The notes under the pieces were generated by a model. It was not told the origin of the DNA and did not search any database. It was given only the letters and a program-made list of their open reading frames with translations. The position numbers were made by a program, and so were the translations under genes. From NCBI RefSeq assembly GCF_006345805.1, contig NW_021835456.1, positions 1 through 62,556 on the forward strand: a stretch of DNA of 62,556 nt, given 5' to 3'. Of this stretch, positions 1 through 13,300 are shown piece after piece; positions within the stretch are counted from its first letter, which is position 1, and the number at the start of each line of letters is the position of its first letter. This stretch comes from Octopus sinensis. Taxonomy: Eukaryota.

Positions 1-45
1 TGGTCAAAGGAAAACTGGGAGCAAGACACGATTAGCAGGCGTTAA

Positions 46-90
46 GTGACTCTGCATGGGTTACTGCTACAGCTGTTGCTGCTACTGCTG

Positions 91-166
<76 letters not shown>

Positions 167-222
167 AACTAATTCTATTGCTGCTGCCGCTTCTTCTGTT
201 GCCGCTACTGCTGTTGCTGCTG

Positions 223-263
<41 letters not shown>

Positions 264-419
264 TACTACTACTAATTCTATTGCTGCTGCTGCTTCTTCT
301 GTTGCCGCTACTGCTGTTGCTGCTGCTACTACTACTACTACTACTTCTATTGCTGTTGGCCGCGTTTGCTGCTGCCGCTCCTGCTGCTGCTGCTACTACT
401 ACTACAACTACTACTACTA

Positions 420-478
<59 letters not shown>

Positions 479-500
479 GTAATAACAACAACGACAACAG
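46..500. repeat. Compound (CTA)n/(CTG)n trinucleotide microsatellite with an internal ~100-bp duplication
   Basis: Long CTA runs; the block ctaattctattgctgctg...gttgccgctactgctgttgctgctg occurs at ~170 and ~272. Confidence 0.95.
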
Positions 501-867
501 CAGCAAAAACAATAGCAAATTTGAGGACAGAGCCGCTGCAAGTGTTCTCAGTCAGTGAAAATGATACATGTTTTATGCATTACATGTGATTATTGCGCAC
601 AAAATATATTGTTTAAATAACGAACGAGCAATTGAAGAGAAATGAAAGAGAAACAATACAGAACAAACGAAGCTAAGTTAAAAATTAAAGCCAACGCTGT
701 TTAAAAATAGTTCAACAATGTTCATTAATAAATCAAATGGTCGGAATAAAGACAATATCCGCCAGCCAAGTTGTGTGAGGAGTGTTGTGGAATGAGTTTA
801 ATGTGTGGCTTGAAACGAAACTGAAGTTTCAACTCTGTTCGACATGTTTTTCTCTCTGTGGTAGCAG

Positions 868-1099
868 TAATAAAGGCATAAAGTAATAATAATAATGATG
901 ATGATGATAACAATAATGATAATAATAATAATGATAACAATAATAAAAATGATAATAATAATAATGACAACAACAACAATAATAATCATAATAATAATAA
1001 CGATAACAATAATGATAACAATGATAATAATAATAATAATAATAACAATAATAATGATAATGATAATAATATTAATAATGATTGATAATAATAATAATA
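868..1099. repeat. (AAT)n/(GAT)n microsatellite
   Basis: Visible directly; forms the 5' flank of the Dong-like insertion. Confidence 0.95.
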
Positions 1100-1845
1100 A
1101 AAACCATTGATCATGTTGTCTCCAAATGCAGTCTTCTAGCGCCTACAGAGTACTTCAACAGACATGATAGAGCTGCACAATATATTCACTGGGTAATATG
1201 CAAAAACCTGGATTTGCTCCATGAAAAAAACTGGTGGGAACACAATCCACCTCCAGTGCTTGAAAATGACCACATCTCACTCCTCTGGAACTTCACATTC
1301 AAAATGACAGAAAGATAGATGCAAATAGGCCAGACATCATATTGAAAGACTTCCGACAAAGAACATGCCTCCTCATTGATATGACTGTCCCATCGATATA
1401 AAACGTATCTGTCAAGACCTACCAAAAACTGAGCAAAATATAAAGATCTGGAAATAGAAATCAGCAAAATGTGGAACTGAAGACTAAAACAATACCTGTT
1501 GTCTTAGGTGCCCTGGGAATGATAGCGAAAGGGGCTGATTGCTACCTAACTCAGATACCAGGAAACCCCAAAATGGCAGAAATTCAAAAGATAGTGCTCA
1601 TGGGAACTGCTCATATCCTACGCAAAATACTCTCTATGTAATCCCAAGGTTTAAAACAAACTTAAAAAAATTTCTTTTTCAAATTTATGTATTAGACATT
1701 CACTGGTACAACGCCAAAAAAACCCCCAAATATATGGCACACTAGGCATAACAACAACGTGAACTTCCAACCTGTTGTCTCTTGAGGTCTCTGGGTGAGA
1801 CTTGGAGCCAACTTGTACAGACATAAAGCAAAAGTCAAACATAGA
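1100..1845 (+). mobile_element. 5'-truncated R4/Dong-clade non-LTR retrotransposon (end of CCHC finger, RLE endonuclease, 3' UTR)
   Basis: Translates, with frameshifts, to IDHVVSKCSLLAPTEYFNRHDRAAQYIHW...NRPDII...LIDMTVP...KLSKYKDLEIEISKMWNLKTKTIPVVLGALG...GTAHILRKILSM* (stop 1639-1641); (TAA)n on both sides. Confidence 0.92.
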
Positions 1846-2381
1846 ATAATAATAATAATAATAATAAGGACAACAACAACAACAACAACAACAATAATAA
1901 TAGTAATAATAATAATAATAATAATGGTTTCTTGTACTTCTCAAATGTTGTGTGGAATATTATAAGGAGAATTTCCAGTTTGTGTGGAAATGTACAAAAG
2001 ATTTGCGGGGAAGACAGCAAGAGGTGGAGGATTGAGGTAAAAAGTAACGATAGCATGTAAAATATAGGTGAACCCACAAATGCAGTCCTCCTAAATTCGG
2101 AGAATCTCCAGCTAGTGTCAGCTAAGTAATACCACTAAGCCAGGATCGCTTTGACTATCAAGTGCACGAGCCATCGCGGCGCTGCCCTCCAAAAACCACG
2201 TTTTTTGCTGCTAGGGTCAAACGAAACGGAAACAAAATTAAAGAGACATATTGCACCAATGAACGATTCATTGAAGATTACGTTCATAAATTCATTCATA
2301 CATAGGTACATACACATATGTATATGTGTATGTGTGAATGTGTATGTATGTGTGTTTTTGTGTTATATATATATACGTATG

Positions 2382-2592
2382 TGGTGGCGAGCTGACAGAC
2401 CCGTTAGCAAGCCGGGGAAAATACTTAGCGGCATTTCGCCTGACTTTACATTCTGAGTTCAAATTCCGCCGTCGCCGACTTTGCCTTTTACCCCTTCGGA
2501 GTCGATAAAATGCGTACGAGTTGAACGCTGGAAACGATGTTATCGACTTGCCCACCTGCCCCGAAATTCTTGCCCTTGTGCCAATATTTGAA
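2382..2592 (+). mobile_element. tRNA-derived SINE, family A (central gactttgcctttcatcctttcggggtcgataaa domain, Meta/MESC-like)
   Basis: A-box-like ggcgagctgacag, B-box gttcaaattcc; about 15 homologous copies in the window. Confidence 0.88.
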
Positions 2593-2687
2593 ACAAATAT
2601 ATATACGTGTGCGTGCGTGTGTGTGTGTGAGTCTTTGTGGTTCAGTTTATGTGTATGTATATATAAATGTATATTACATATGTGTGA

Positions 2688-3000
2688 GGGCGCGTGGCTT
2701 AGTGGTTAGGGCATTCGGCTCATGATCGTAAGGTTTGAGTTTCGATTCCCGGCGACGCGTTGTGTCCTTGAGCAAGACACTTTATTTCACGTTGCTCCAG
2801 TCCACTCAGCTGGCAAAAATGAGTTGTACTTGTATTTCAAAGGTCAGCCTTGTCACTCTCTGTGTCACGCTGATTATCCCCGAGAACTACGTTAAGGGTA
2901 CACGTGTCTGTGGAATGCTCAGCCATTTGCACGTAATTTCACGAGCAAGCTGTTCCGTTGATCGTATCAGCTGGGACCCGGTCGTCGTAACGGCGGAGTC
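2688..3000 (+). mobile_element. tRNA-derived SINE, family C (CORE-like tgtgtccttgagcaagacact)
   Basis: A box tggcttagtgg, B-box-like gtttcgattcc; body shared with 50015-50260, 50345-50590 and 60850-61185. Confidence 0.88.
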
Positions 3001-3044
3001 TAAAAATATTACATATGTGTATATATGTATATATACATATAATG

Positions 3045-3076
<32 letters not shown>

Positions 3077-3147
3077 TAATATATATATATATATTATATG
3101 ATATAAAGATCCATTTCCAAGTAAGTTATCTCTCTATGTATGTATAC

Positions 3148-3365
3148 TCTTTTTACTCTTTTTTACTTGTTTCAGTCATTCGACTGCGGCCATGCTGGAG
3201 CACCGCCTTTTGTCGAGCAAATCGACCCCGCGACTTATTCTTTGTAAGCCCAGTACTTATTCTATGGGTCTCTTTTGCCGAACCGCTAAGTGACGGGGAC
3301 GTAATTACACCAGCATCGTTGTCAAGCATGCTAGGGGGACAAACACAGACAACACAAATACACAT
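3148..3365 (-). mobile_element. SINE family B, 3' half
   Basis: Reverse complement of the ...ggcggtgctccagcatggccgcagtc-aatgactgaaacaagtaaaa tail. Confidence 0.88.
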
Positions 3366-3375
3366 ATATATATAC

Positions 3376-3431
<56 letters not shown>

Positions 3432-4117
3432 ATATATATATATATATACACATTATATATATGTATATATCCATCCATAGAATATCCAATACACATGACA
3501 GTTACAATAGAAACTTAGTTTATGGGGAAAGAAAACACGCGAAAAATTGAGGAAACAAATATATATCTCTAACACAGTATCGAATGAATAAGAGTCATGA
3601 TATAAAAAGAAATATATATAAAGATATATACATCAGATATTGAGCAGCGCATAGAAAACATACAAGCATATACTTAAGAACATATTTTAAAAAAATACAT
3701 ACACGTCCGACTGCACTCAGAACAGATAAGTTCCACCCAAACCAAAGAAATTATCAGAACAGAAACGACCACCAGTAAAATATATAAAAGTTTACAAAAG
3801 AAAACCGCATAACACAAACGAATACGTGCACAAGAAAGAAACTCTCAGAACACGGTGAAAATGTTATAGAACATATCGCACGTGATAAAAAAGAAATACA
3901 AGATATTGAGGTAAAACTAAAGTAGAAGCAGAGAAAAAGAACTGAAATGGAAACTATTGAAACGGGAGCGAAGGGGATTGATCGAAACCTTCATAGAAGT
4001 ACCCAACCAAATACACAGCAACGCCAAACGTATAATCCCAACTTACCAACCAATAACGTTATTGTGTATAGTTTATTGAGAAAATCAGTTGCCAAAAGTC
4101 ATATTTATGGATACCTC

Positions 4118-4454
4118 ACCCGGTTTAGGTAAATTCCTGGGCTCAGTCCCACTGCGTGGCACCTTGGGCAAGTGTCTTCTACTATTGCCTCGGGCCGACC
4201 AAAGCCTTATGAATGGATTTGGTTGACGGGAACTAAAAGAAGCCCGTTGTATATATAATGTATACATACATACATATACACGTGTCGTTATTCTACCAAT
4301 TATATACGTTTTTATTATTATTGTTTTTGCAATTTACTTAATCACCGGTATTTTATTATTATTTTAATTTTAATATTTCTATTATATGTTATTTTCTAGA
4401 TGGTGTAATTTAATTGTTCATTTTGAATTGCTAAAAGGTGTTTTTTTTCTAATT

Positions 4455-4488
<34 letters not shown>

Positions 4489-4742
4489 TGTATGTATGTA
4501 TATATGTATGTGTGTGTATATGTTTGTGTGCCTGTATTTGTCCCTCCCCCAACATCGCTTGACAACCGATGGTGGTGTGTTTACGTCCCCGTAACTTAGC
4601 GGTTCGGCAAAAGAGACCGATACAATAAGTACTAGGCTTCCAAAGAATAAGTCTTGGGGGTCGATTTGCTCGACTAAAGGCAGTGCACCAGCATGGCCGC
4701 AGTCAAATGACTGAAGCAAGTAAAAGAGAAAAGAGAGTAAAG
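4118..4742 (+). mobile_element. SINE family B with an expanded internal simple-sequence region
   Basis: 5' part cagtcccactgcgtggcaccttgggcaagtgtcttct, internal AT/ATGT repeats, 3' tail ending gtaaaagag. Confidence 0.85.
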
Positions 4743-4900
4743 AGGATGTTTCTTTTCATTTTACACAGAGGCATGAAATTTTGTTTTACAGCTTGCATGA
4801 AAGTGCATTCGTTGGCATCTTTATATGCAAAAGCTTGCCGTCAACTGACGCCTCTGATTGAGACTTGGGTGCAGTTTGTATAAATCAAGGCAAAGGAATG

Positions 4901-4945
<45 letters not shown>

Positions 4946-4951
4946 TAATAA

Positions 4952-4998
<47 letters not shown>

Positions 4999-5020
4999 TA
5001 GTAGTAGTAGTAGTAGTAGT

Positions 5021-5122
5021 TGTGCCTGGTGTACCCTTATCAGACGGGTAGTCATGATGGGTATATTGGGCTTCGTATATTTTACCCCAGTGTCACTTTG
5101 ATGGCATGAACTGCTCTCTCAA
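5021..5122 (+). mobile_element. 3' fragment of unclassified non-coding element (family E)
   Basis: Near-identical to the reverse complement of 61243-61345; followed by an A/TAA tail. Confidence 0.85.
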
Positions 5123-5163
5123 TAAAAAAAAAAAAATAAAATAAAAAATAATAATAATAATAA

Positions 5164-5446
5164 TATGACAGGTTAGCTTGGGAAGTTAAGCTATTGTGGG
5201 CAATAAAGAAGGTGGCTGTAGTACCAATAATTGTGGAGCCCTGGGAACAGTGAGTAAAAATCTTGAGAAGTACATGCAACATATAGGGGCTGTAATAAAG
5301 GTGGAGCACTTGCAGAAAACAGCACTGCTTCGAACCGCTTGAATACTCCCGAAGGTGTTCGAAAAATATGAGGTGTTTCCTTAGTTCTCTGGTAGGGAAC
5401 AGCTGACACTGTAGTACACCTCTAGTGTTAGAAGTTGTGCAAAGGC

Positions 5447-5447
<1 letters not shown>
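5164..5447 (+). mobile_element. Short 5'-truncated R4/Dong-type RLE retrotransposon, second subfamily
   Basis: YDRLAWEVKLLWAIKKVAVVPII(V)GALGTVSKNLEKYMQHIG...LQKTALL-TA-IL-KV; starts and ends in (TAA)n. Confidence 0.85.
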
Positions 5448-5489
<42 letters not shown>

Positions 5490-5490
<1 letters not shown>

Positions 5491-5597
5491 TCCTTTCTAC
5501 TAAAGGAACAAGGCCTGGAATTTAGGGGGAGGTATTAATCCATTACACCGGCACCAATGTTTCACTGGTACTTTATCGACCCCGAAAGGAAGGCAGA
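5490..5597 (-). mobile_element. SINE family A, 3' part
   Basis: ctggtactttatcgaccccgaaagga core. Confidence 0.75.
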
Positions 5598-5639
5598 GGA
5601 TTTAGTCGGACATGTAGACTCTAGTGGTTATATTTTTTT

Positions 5640-5965
5640 TAAAGCTTAGCTTTTATTCTATCGATTATGCCGAACTGCTTGTTTACAGAAACACAAACAA
5701 ACCACCACCGGTTGTGAAGCGATGGTAGTGGCGGGGGAGACAATCACAACACAAACACACACCTGCATACACACATATACACACGCACATATGAAGATAC
5801 GTATACACGTAGGACGGGCTTCTCTCAGTTTCTGTCAATCAAATTCATTCACAGGGCTTTGGTTGGTTCAAGTATATAGTAAAAGACAGCTGTCCAAGGT
5901 GTCACATAGTGGGACTGAACAAGGGGGCACATGGTTAAGAATCAACTTTTGTTTCCCACACAGCC
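5640..5965 (-). mobile_element. Diverged SINE family B
   Basis: gacgggcttctctcagtttc...ccaaggtgtcacatagtgggactgaac...cacacagcc. Confidence 0.7.
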
Positions 5966-6433
5966 GGATGTCTGACCATGCTAGGACATTTAGCATTATA
6001 TAAAAGTACAAAGGCTCGAAATGTAAAAACAAAGCAAAGCTAAAACAAACAAAAAAAACAGAAACGAAAACAATAGACGTCTCAAACATGGCTGACGATA
6101 ATTAGAAAGAATAAACAAAGGTTTAAAAGCTGCAAGCGACTGGACAGGCTGGACAATAATTAGGATTGGCAAAGTCCCCAAATTCCGGCCGAAACTTCTA
6201 CCTACATTGATGAGTTTGTGTCACAAGCAACAATCAATTAACAGATAAGTGGAGCGGAATGGTTAGCTGAATGGTTAATGAAGGGGAAAATAGTATAGAT
6301 AAGGTGGTTGTTGGAATGGAAATCGTCGTTGCTGCTTATGGCTGCTTACGGGTTGAGAGAGAAAGATCGAGAATGACTACTTATCGGATGAGAGAGTGGA
6401 TGTGCTAATTAAGGGGTGAGGGAAGCTTCTAGG

Positions 6434-6511
<78 letters not shown>

Positions 6512-6518
6512 ATATATA

Positions 6519-6840
<322 letters not shown>

Positions 6841-6855
6841 TATATATATATATAT

Positions 6856-6887
<32 letters not shown>

Positions 6888-6948
6888 GTATATATGTGTA
6901 TATATATATATGTGTATATATATATATACATATATATATATATGTGTG

Positions 6949-7032
<84 letters not shown>

Positions 7033-7054
7033 CCTTATCTTTTATCTTCTATTT

Positions 7055-7440
7055 TTTTACTCGTTTCAGTCATTCGACTGCGGCCATGCTGGGGCATTAC
7101 CTTGAAATTTTAGTCGCATCAATCGATCCCAGTACTTATTTTTGTTAAGCCTGGTACTTATTCTATCGGTGTCTTTTGCCGAACGGCTAAGTTACAGGGA
7201 CGCAAAAAACACCAACACCGGTTTCGAGTGGCGATGTGGGGACAAACACAGACACAAAGACATACACACACCTACACACACACACACACACAAACATTCA
7301 TACGACGGACTTCTTTCTTTTCCGTCAACCAAATCCACTCAAGGCTTTAGTCGGTTCGGGGCTACAGTAGAAGTCACACAACGTGCCACGCAGTGGGACT
7401 GAACTCGGTATCATGTGAGTGCGAAGGAAGCTTCTTACTA
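7055..7440 (-). mobile_element. SINE family B, near full length
   Basis: Tail at 7055, internal (CA)n, head-proximal gccacgcagtgggactgaac. Confidence 0.88.
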
Positions 7441-7889
7441 GTGAAAAGATGGAATAGAACAAACAATGTTTCTAAATAGTTCTTTCATCAGTCTTTCCAG
7501 CAGACGTGCATAGTACCAAGTCGCCCTTGTTCAGGGCTTTTCAGCACGATATTACTTCGGCAAAAGTAAAACAGAATAAGGAATAAATGGACAGAAAATC
7601 ATAAGGGGACCACTAAATCTATGGATCAATAAGATGTTTGGCAATAACCGCCCTAATGATTACATCCAGACTCTGTAGTAAGTAAGTAAGCACATCGTAC
7701 GGAAAGGCACACTTTCAGACTTTGACGACCAAGAAATGGATGTATGACCGCGAAGAGACGCCAGAGCAGTGACTAACAAACCTGCACTTTATCAGAGACA
7801 AGTTAAAAAAAAACGGAAGGAGTAATATCCGTTAAAAAAAGGGAACATTTCAGGGAGAATCTGCTGAATGAAAACACCTGTGAGCATAC

Positions 7890-8311
7890 CTGCTGCTGCT
7901 GCTACTACAACTACAAATATTACTACTATTACTACCACCACCACCACCACCACTACCGCCACCTCCACCACCTCAATCACCACCACACTTACTGCCGCTA
8001 CCATTGCTGCTGCACCCCCTCCTCTCCTCCTCCTCCACCTCACCCCCTCCTCCAATTCACCACTTCCTCCACCTCCTTCTCCTCCCCTGCTCCTCCTACC
8101 CTCTTCCTCCTTTCCTCAACACCCTCCTCCCCTCCTCTCCATCCTCCTCCCCACCCCTCATCCTTCCCTCCTCCTCCTCCTCCCTCCTCCTCCTACTACT
8201 ACTACTACTATTACCACCACCACTACAACCACCTCTACCACCTCCACCATCTCCACAGTTGCTGCGGCTACCATTGCTATTGTGCCCCTCCTCCTCCTCC
8301 TCCTCCTCCTC

Positions 8312-8345
<34 letters not shown>
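7890..8345. repeat. Compound CTA/CAC/CCT trinucleotide tract
   Basis: Visible directly. Confidence 0.9.
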
Positions 8346-8689
8346 ATCAATTTGAAAACTTCCTCATTCTCTCGCCCTCTGAAGGATTCAGCATGAAGTA
8401 ATAGAATTATTTCCTCTTCACTGTCACTTGCTAACATGATGCATTCTGCCCTTTGCTCGCCAGAATGATTCATCGTGATTTTTCGTCTTCACCAAAGACA
8501 AGGCCACGTGAATGTGGCTAAGTCTATCAAATACCGTACAACGTAAGGCCAGTTCTCCTGAGGGCAAACATGTTTGACAACTTCACATTTCAACTCGAAT
8601 GCTCTGGAAATATTCTTCGGCAAGCACCATGTTTAATCGAAGTTTTAAGGCAACTTACACCAATGCAATGTGATGTTAATGCGATGCAA

Positions 8690-9281
8690 TGTATGTATGT
8701 ATGTATGTATGTACGTATGTATGTATGTATGTATGTATGTATGTATGTATGCATGTATGTATATATGTATACTTGCATGTATGCTTGTATTATGCTTGTA
8801 TGTATGTATGCATGTGTGTATGCATGTATGTATTTATGCATGTATGTATGTATGCATGCATGTATGTATGTATGCATGTATATAAGCATGCATGTATGCA
8901 TGTATGTGTGTGTATTTATCTAAGTACGTACGTATATATGCATGTATGCATACATGTATGTATATATGTATGTATGTATGTATATATGCATGCATGTATG
9001 TATGCATGTATGTATGCATGGATATATATATAAGCATGCATGTATTTATGTATGTATGTATGTGTATGTATCTATGTACGTAGTTATGCGTGTATGCTTG
9101 TATGCATGCATGTATGTATATATGTATGCTTGTATGTATGTGTGTACGTACGTATATATATATTTGTGCATGTATATATGTATGTGTATGCATATGTATG
9201 TATGTGCAAGGTATGAATGTATGCATGTATGTATTATGTATATATATATATAATATATATATATATTATATATATATATAA

Positions 9282-9322
<41 letters not shown>

Positions 9323-9330
9323 AATGCATG
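8690..9330. repeat. Degenerate (ATGT/ATGC)n and (AT)n microsatellite
   Basis: Visible directly. Confidence 0.95.
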
Positions 9331-9569
9331 TATTTATATATATGTGTATGTATTTATGTATGCATGAATTTTTGTTATGTATATATGTATGAATCTATGT
9401 GTAATCTATGAATGCGTGTATGTATGTGTATAAACATAATCGTACACACATACATAGCGTATGAATGAATATATGTGCATATTACGTGTATATATATCTA
9501 TATAGGTCTATCTTGTGAGTGTGCCTCTGCGACTGCGTGTGAGTTTCAATCAGATATGCTATTGCATAC

Positions 9570-9681
9570 CAGCGAGACATTGTAAGAATAACTGTGTAAA
9601 GGTCAGGAAAAATTCTTTAGTCTTGGTTGGCTTGTTTCCTACAGTTTGTTTCTTGAATAAAGAAATGATATTTTGTTCGCT
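9570..9681 (-). CDS. Candidate internal exon, 112 nt, phase 0 to 1 (SEQNIISLFKKQTVGNKPTKTKEFFLTFTQLFLQCLA)
   Basis: Very strong acceptor (long T run + cag), donor CTG|gtatgc, only one frame open, unique sequence; product not recognised. Confidence 0.45.
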
Positions 9682-10034
9682 CTGAAAAAAAAAAAAAAAA
9701 TCAAAGAAATGAAAAAAAAAAATCAATTATCGAGGAATAAAAGAAAACAAAAATCGAGATATCGACAAATAACAACGCTCATGGGTCAGCTATATAATGT
9801 AAAACACCTGAACTGAATGAACATTGAGAATTATGGCGCGACGTTAGCTATAATATAAACATTGCATTGGCGAATAAAATTTATCTCAAGATGACAAGTA
9901 ATGGAATTATTTATTTCTATGACAGAGAAACTGTAGGAAACGAATGTTTGATATGTAGAAATCAATAGGTATGTTTTCCCAGTTTAGATCTGCTGGAGAA
10001 AGAGTGATTTTGTTGTTGTAAAGAATGATAAGAC

Positions 10035-10672
10035 GAAAGGGGGCGAAATGTGCAAGTACTGTTCCATAATATGTCCGCCATGTTGTGACCAAAAATATAT
10101 ATTCTTTTCTCTCTCTCTCTGAAAAAGGGAAATGCTTGAAACTTTAGATTCTGTTATTCTGTGTTACTAAGTGAGTATATACAGTTCTAACATATGACTG
10201 CACTGTTGTGACAAATGCGAGAAAGCTATGTATTTTCATTTTCTCTCAGAAGGAGGCGAAATGCTTGAAACATAGGATTCTGATATTGTGAGGTACTAAG
10301 TAAGTAACTACAAACCTAGCATATGGTAACTGTTGTGACGAATGCGAGAAAGCTATGTATTCTCATTTCCTCTCAGAAGGAGGCGAAATGCTTGAAACAG
10401 GATTCTTTATTGTGAGTAATTAAATTGAGCAACTGAAGTTTAGCATATCTCAATATTGTGACGGTGGTGGTAAAACTATATATGCTTTCTCTTTCTCTGA
10501 AAAGAAGGACAAATGCTTGAAACGTCGGATTCATTTAGCCATCATAGCAACTCATGTTACCGAACTATTTTTAAGAACTCGCTTGTCATTAGTGTACTGT
10601 TTTGGAGGAAAAATACAGGAAAGGTTAATAGCTGAAGAGATATACTTCTTAATCGAAACAAAATAACTACTT
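10035..10672 (+). repeat. ~127-bp tandem array whose units carry hammerhead-like motifs
   Basis: tgcttgaaac at 10133, 10262, 10389, 10514; shared tgttgtgac and gaaagctatgtatt blocks; CUGAAGA-GAU..AUC-GAAAC at 10632. Confidence 0.8.
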
Positions 10673-10773
10673 CTTGATGAGGAATATGGACATCAGAGAA
10701 GATGACTGACTGACGATCGGAAATGAACGTTACTGTTACGGGCAGAATATGTCTCAGTGTGGAAAATACATGC

Positions 10774-10802
10774 GTACAAGGGTCGGCTGAAAAGTTCATA
10801 GG
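10774..10802 (+). mobile_element. Solitary mariner-like terminal repeat
   Basis: TA-caagggtcggctgaaaagttcatagg resembles mariner TIRs; no partner end found. Confidence 0.4.
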
Positions 10803-10877
10803 TAGAGCAAAATACGGTGTTGCAGCTCTTGGATTCCATTGGGGAAGAAACTTTCATCCAGTTAGTCGGAGAAAGAA

Positions 10878-11309
10878 TCTTCTCTATATATAAACGGCAG
10901 TTTGTCTGTCTGTGTGTCTGTTTGTCTGTCAGGTTGTACCCTCACCCTGACCACGGCTTTCAACCGATTCTGATGAAACTTGACACACACATAGCCCAAT
11001 GTCATAATTCAAAACTAACGCAGCGAAAATTTTGAAAAGTTCCCCCAGTTCTGAAAAAAATCGATAAATTCGACATGGGGGTCGAGAATCTAAGCTTTTT
11101 ATATGCGACACATTTTCTGTTGTAGTTTTTGCAACTTGCAATCGGGAGACGGCTAGGAACATCGTATACACAGAAGTATTCGAGTGAAGAGAAGACATTG
11201 CAACCTACACATGCGCCTTCGTTCCCTAGAGGGAAAGAAATAGATTGGGATTAGTCGTTGCCTACTAGGGGCTCTTACATACCCGGGCAACGCCGGGCTA
11301 TGCTGCTAG
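10878..11309 (+). mobile_element. Non-autonomous Helitron
   Basis: A|TC start, subterminal hairpin cccgggcaacgccggg, CTAG|T end at 11306-11310, no target-site duplication. Confidence 0.8.
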
Positions 11310-11463
11310 TCTAGGAATATTTAAACTGCAATATTTGTCGAGTATATGTTTTTATATTCTATTACGCTGCTTTTGGTTATTATTATCAACTATTTTAATA
11401 AGTTGCAGTTGAGGCTTTTGTTGTTTAGCTCCCGGATCAGGTTAATCGTAGAAACTGCGACTC

Positions 11464-11690
11464 GCGGCGAGCTGGCAGAAACATTAGCATGCCGGGCGAA
11501 ATGTTTAGTGGTATTTCGTCTGTCTCTATGTTATGAGTTCAAATTCCACTGAGGTCGACTTTGCCTTTCATCCTTTCGGGGTTGATAAATTAAGTACCAG
11601 TTACGCACTAGGGTCGATGTAATCGACTTAACCCCTTTGTCTGTCCTTATTTGCCCCCTCTATGTTTCTTTGTGGGCAATAAAGAAATAT
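11464..11690 (+). mobile_element. SINE family A, full length
   Basis: ggcgagctggcagaaacattagc...gttcaaattcc...gtgggcaataaagaaat. Confidence 0.9.
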
Positions 11691-12639
11691 GAAATTTCTG
11701 AATGGTACGCCGACTAAAGGTTGCCTTAAATTTTTTAGTAGCCTTGTCATATGCGGCCTACTTCTCTAAAAAGGTTTTCTATGCCTGGAATACACAGACA
11801 ACAGAAAGAATAATGACATGATTGCCTTCTTCTTAGACATTAACCCCATATTTTGAGATTTCCTGAAAATATTTTATATTCATTTCATCTCAGAATCCAA
11901 CAATTTATTGAAGCAAGAATAAGGACTTCGTGAGTCATCGTAACATGTGAAAGTGATATTAAAATGAGTGAAAGTGATATTAAAATGTCTTTTACGAAAG
12001 ATTATCTTTCTTTTCCTTTGTTAATTCTTGCTGTGATCTTCTTGTCTTATTTATTACAAAGGAGCAAAGCGAAGTATCATCTCACCAACAAAAACGCAAG
12101 ATTTAACGATATTGTTTCTATTTATTCCATTCTATTTAATCCCATATTCTAAGATTTACATGATATATAATCTCCTACTCTCACAAAATAACGATAACCA
12201 TAACAAAATGCTAACAATGAAGTTAGTATCTACAGCAACACCACACATTGATAACATAATATGGTGATATCATTTGAATAAGGTATCGACTGAGGCTCAG
12301 AGTGATAACTGCACTTCATGGAAATAACAACTAAATTACTAGATTACATTCTGTCAATGCAAAAATTGAAGGACTCTTTGAAAAGTCAACTTCTACATAT
12401 AAAAAACGATAGAGTGCTTGTGTTTGGAAAACCTTTCATTAATCTGACTCGGGAGCTAAACAACAAAAGCCTCAACTGCAGCTTATTGAAATAATAGGTA
12501 ATAATAACAAAAAGCAGCATAACAGAATATAAAAACATATACTCGACAAATATTGCAGTTTAAACTACAACCTCAATAACAAAGTAACAATTGAATACTA
12601 AAGTAAGTACACAATAAGTGATATAGTAACATCGATGTA

Positions 12640-13300
12640 CCTAGAGGGAAAGGCAGGATGAGAGAAAGACGGAGAAAAGATAGGAAGAGGGCAAGATGGA
12701 AAGAAAGAGAAGGGAGAGGCGAAAAGAGAGAGGGAAGAGTTGGGGAGAGACTGAGAAGAGGAGAAAGAGGAGGATAGGTAAAAAAAACAAAGAGAATTGA
12801 TTGAGGAGAGAGAAGAGAGAGTGGGGAGAGTACAATAGAGGGAAAGAGAAGGAAAAGAGAGAGAGATGAGAATGAAGAGAGAGGTAGCTAGGAGGGGCAA
12901 AAAGAAAGAGGGAAGAGGTGGGAAGAGACAGAGAAGAGGAGAAAGAGGAGGATAGGCAAAAAAAAACAAAGAGAATTGACTGAGGGGAAAGAGAAGGAAG
13001 AGAGAGTGGGGGAGAGTACAACAGAGGGAAAGAGAAGGAGAAGAGAGAGAGAAGAATATGAAGAAAGAGAAAGGGAGCAAGGAGGGGCGAAAAGAAAGAG
13101 GGAAGGGGTGGGAAGAGACAGAGAGAAGAGGGGCCAAAAAGATTAAAGAGGTAAAAGGCATAGGAGAGGTATTGAGTGAGAGGAGAGGAAGAAAAGAGAG
13201 AGGGGAGGTAGAAGAGAGAGCCAGGATAGAGCAAAACAGAAAGAGAGAGGGGGAGGAGAAAAGGGGAGAGGGGAAAGACAGAGAGGTGAGAAGGGTAAGA
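12640..13300. repeat. Homopurine tract with a ~178-bp tandem unit
   Basis: gagaagaggagaaagaggaggatagg..aaaaaaacaaagagaattga at ~12752 and ~12930, partial third unit. Confidence 0.85.

Noticed and set aside
2100-2210. Minus-strand NAGNAG acceptor (2211/2208) as a possible terminal exon
   Set aside because: Good acceptor but no strong donor and three short frames; too ambiguous to call, so mentioned only as supporting evidence
2688-2760. tRNA-like sequences here and at 6626, 33778, 50190-50260, 50520-50590 and 60850
   Set aside because: They run into SINE bodies and lack a proper acceptor stem, so they are SINE heads and not tRNA genes
7465-7500. CUGAUGA...GAAAC on the minus strand
   Set aside because: No stem II or stem I pairing; chance match
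7500-7870. Protein-like pieces (RGPLNLWINKMFGNNRPNDYIQTL; VRKGTLSDFDDQEMDV)
   Set aside because: Several stops, no recognisable motif and no consistent splice sites
10035-10530. Repeat-spacer appearance suggesting a CRISPR array (also 51423-52442)
   Set aside because: Eukaryotic context, the whole unit is homologous (no unique spacers), and there are no cas genes
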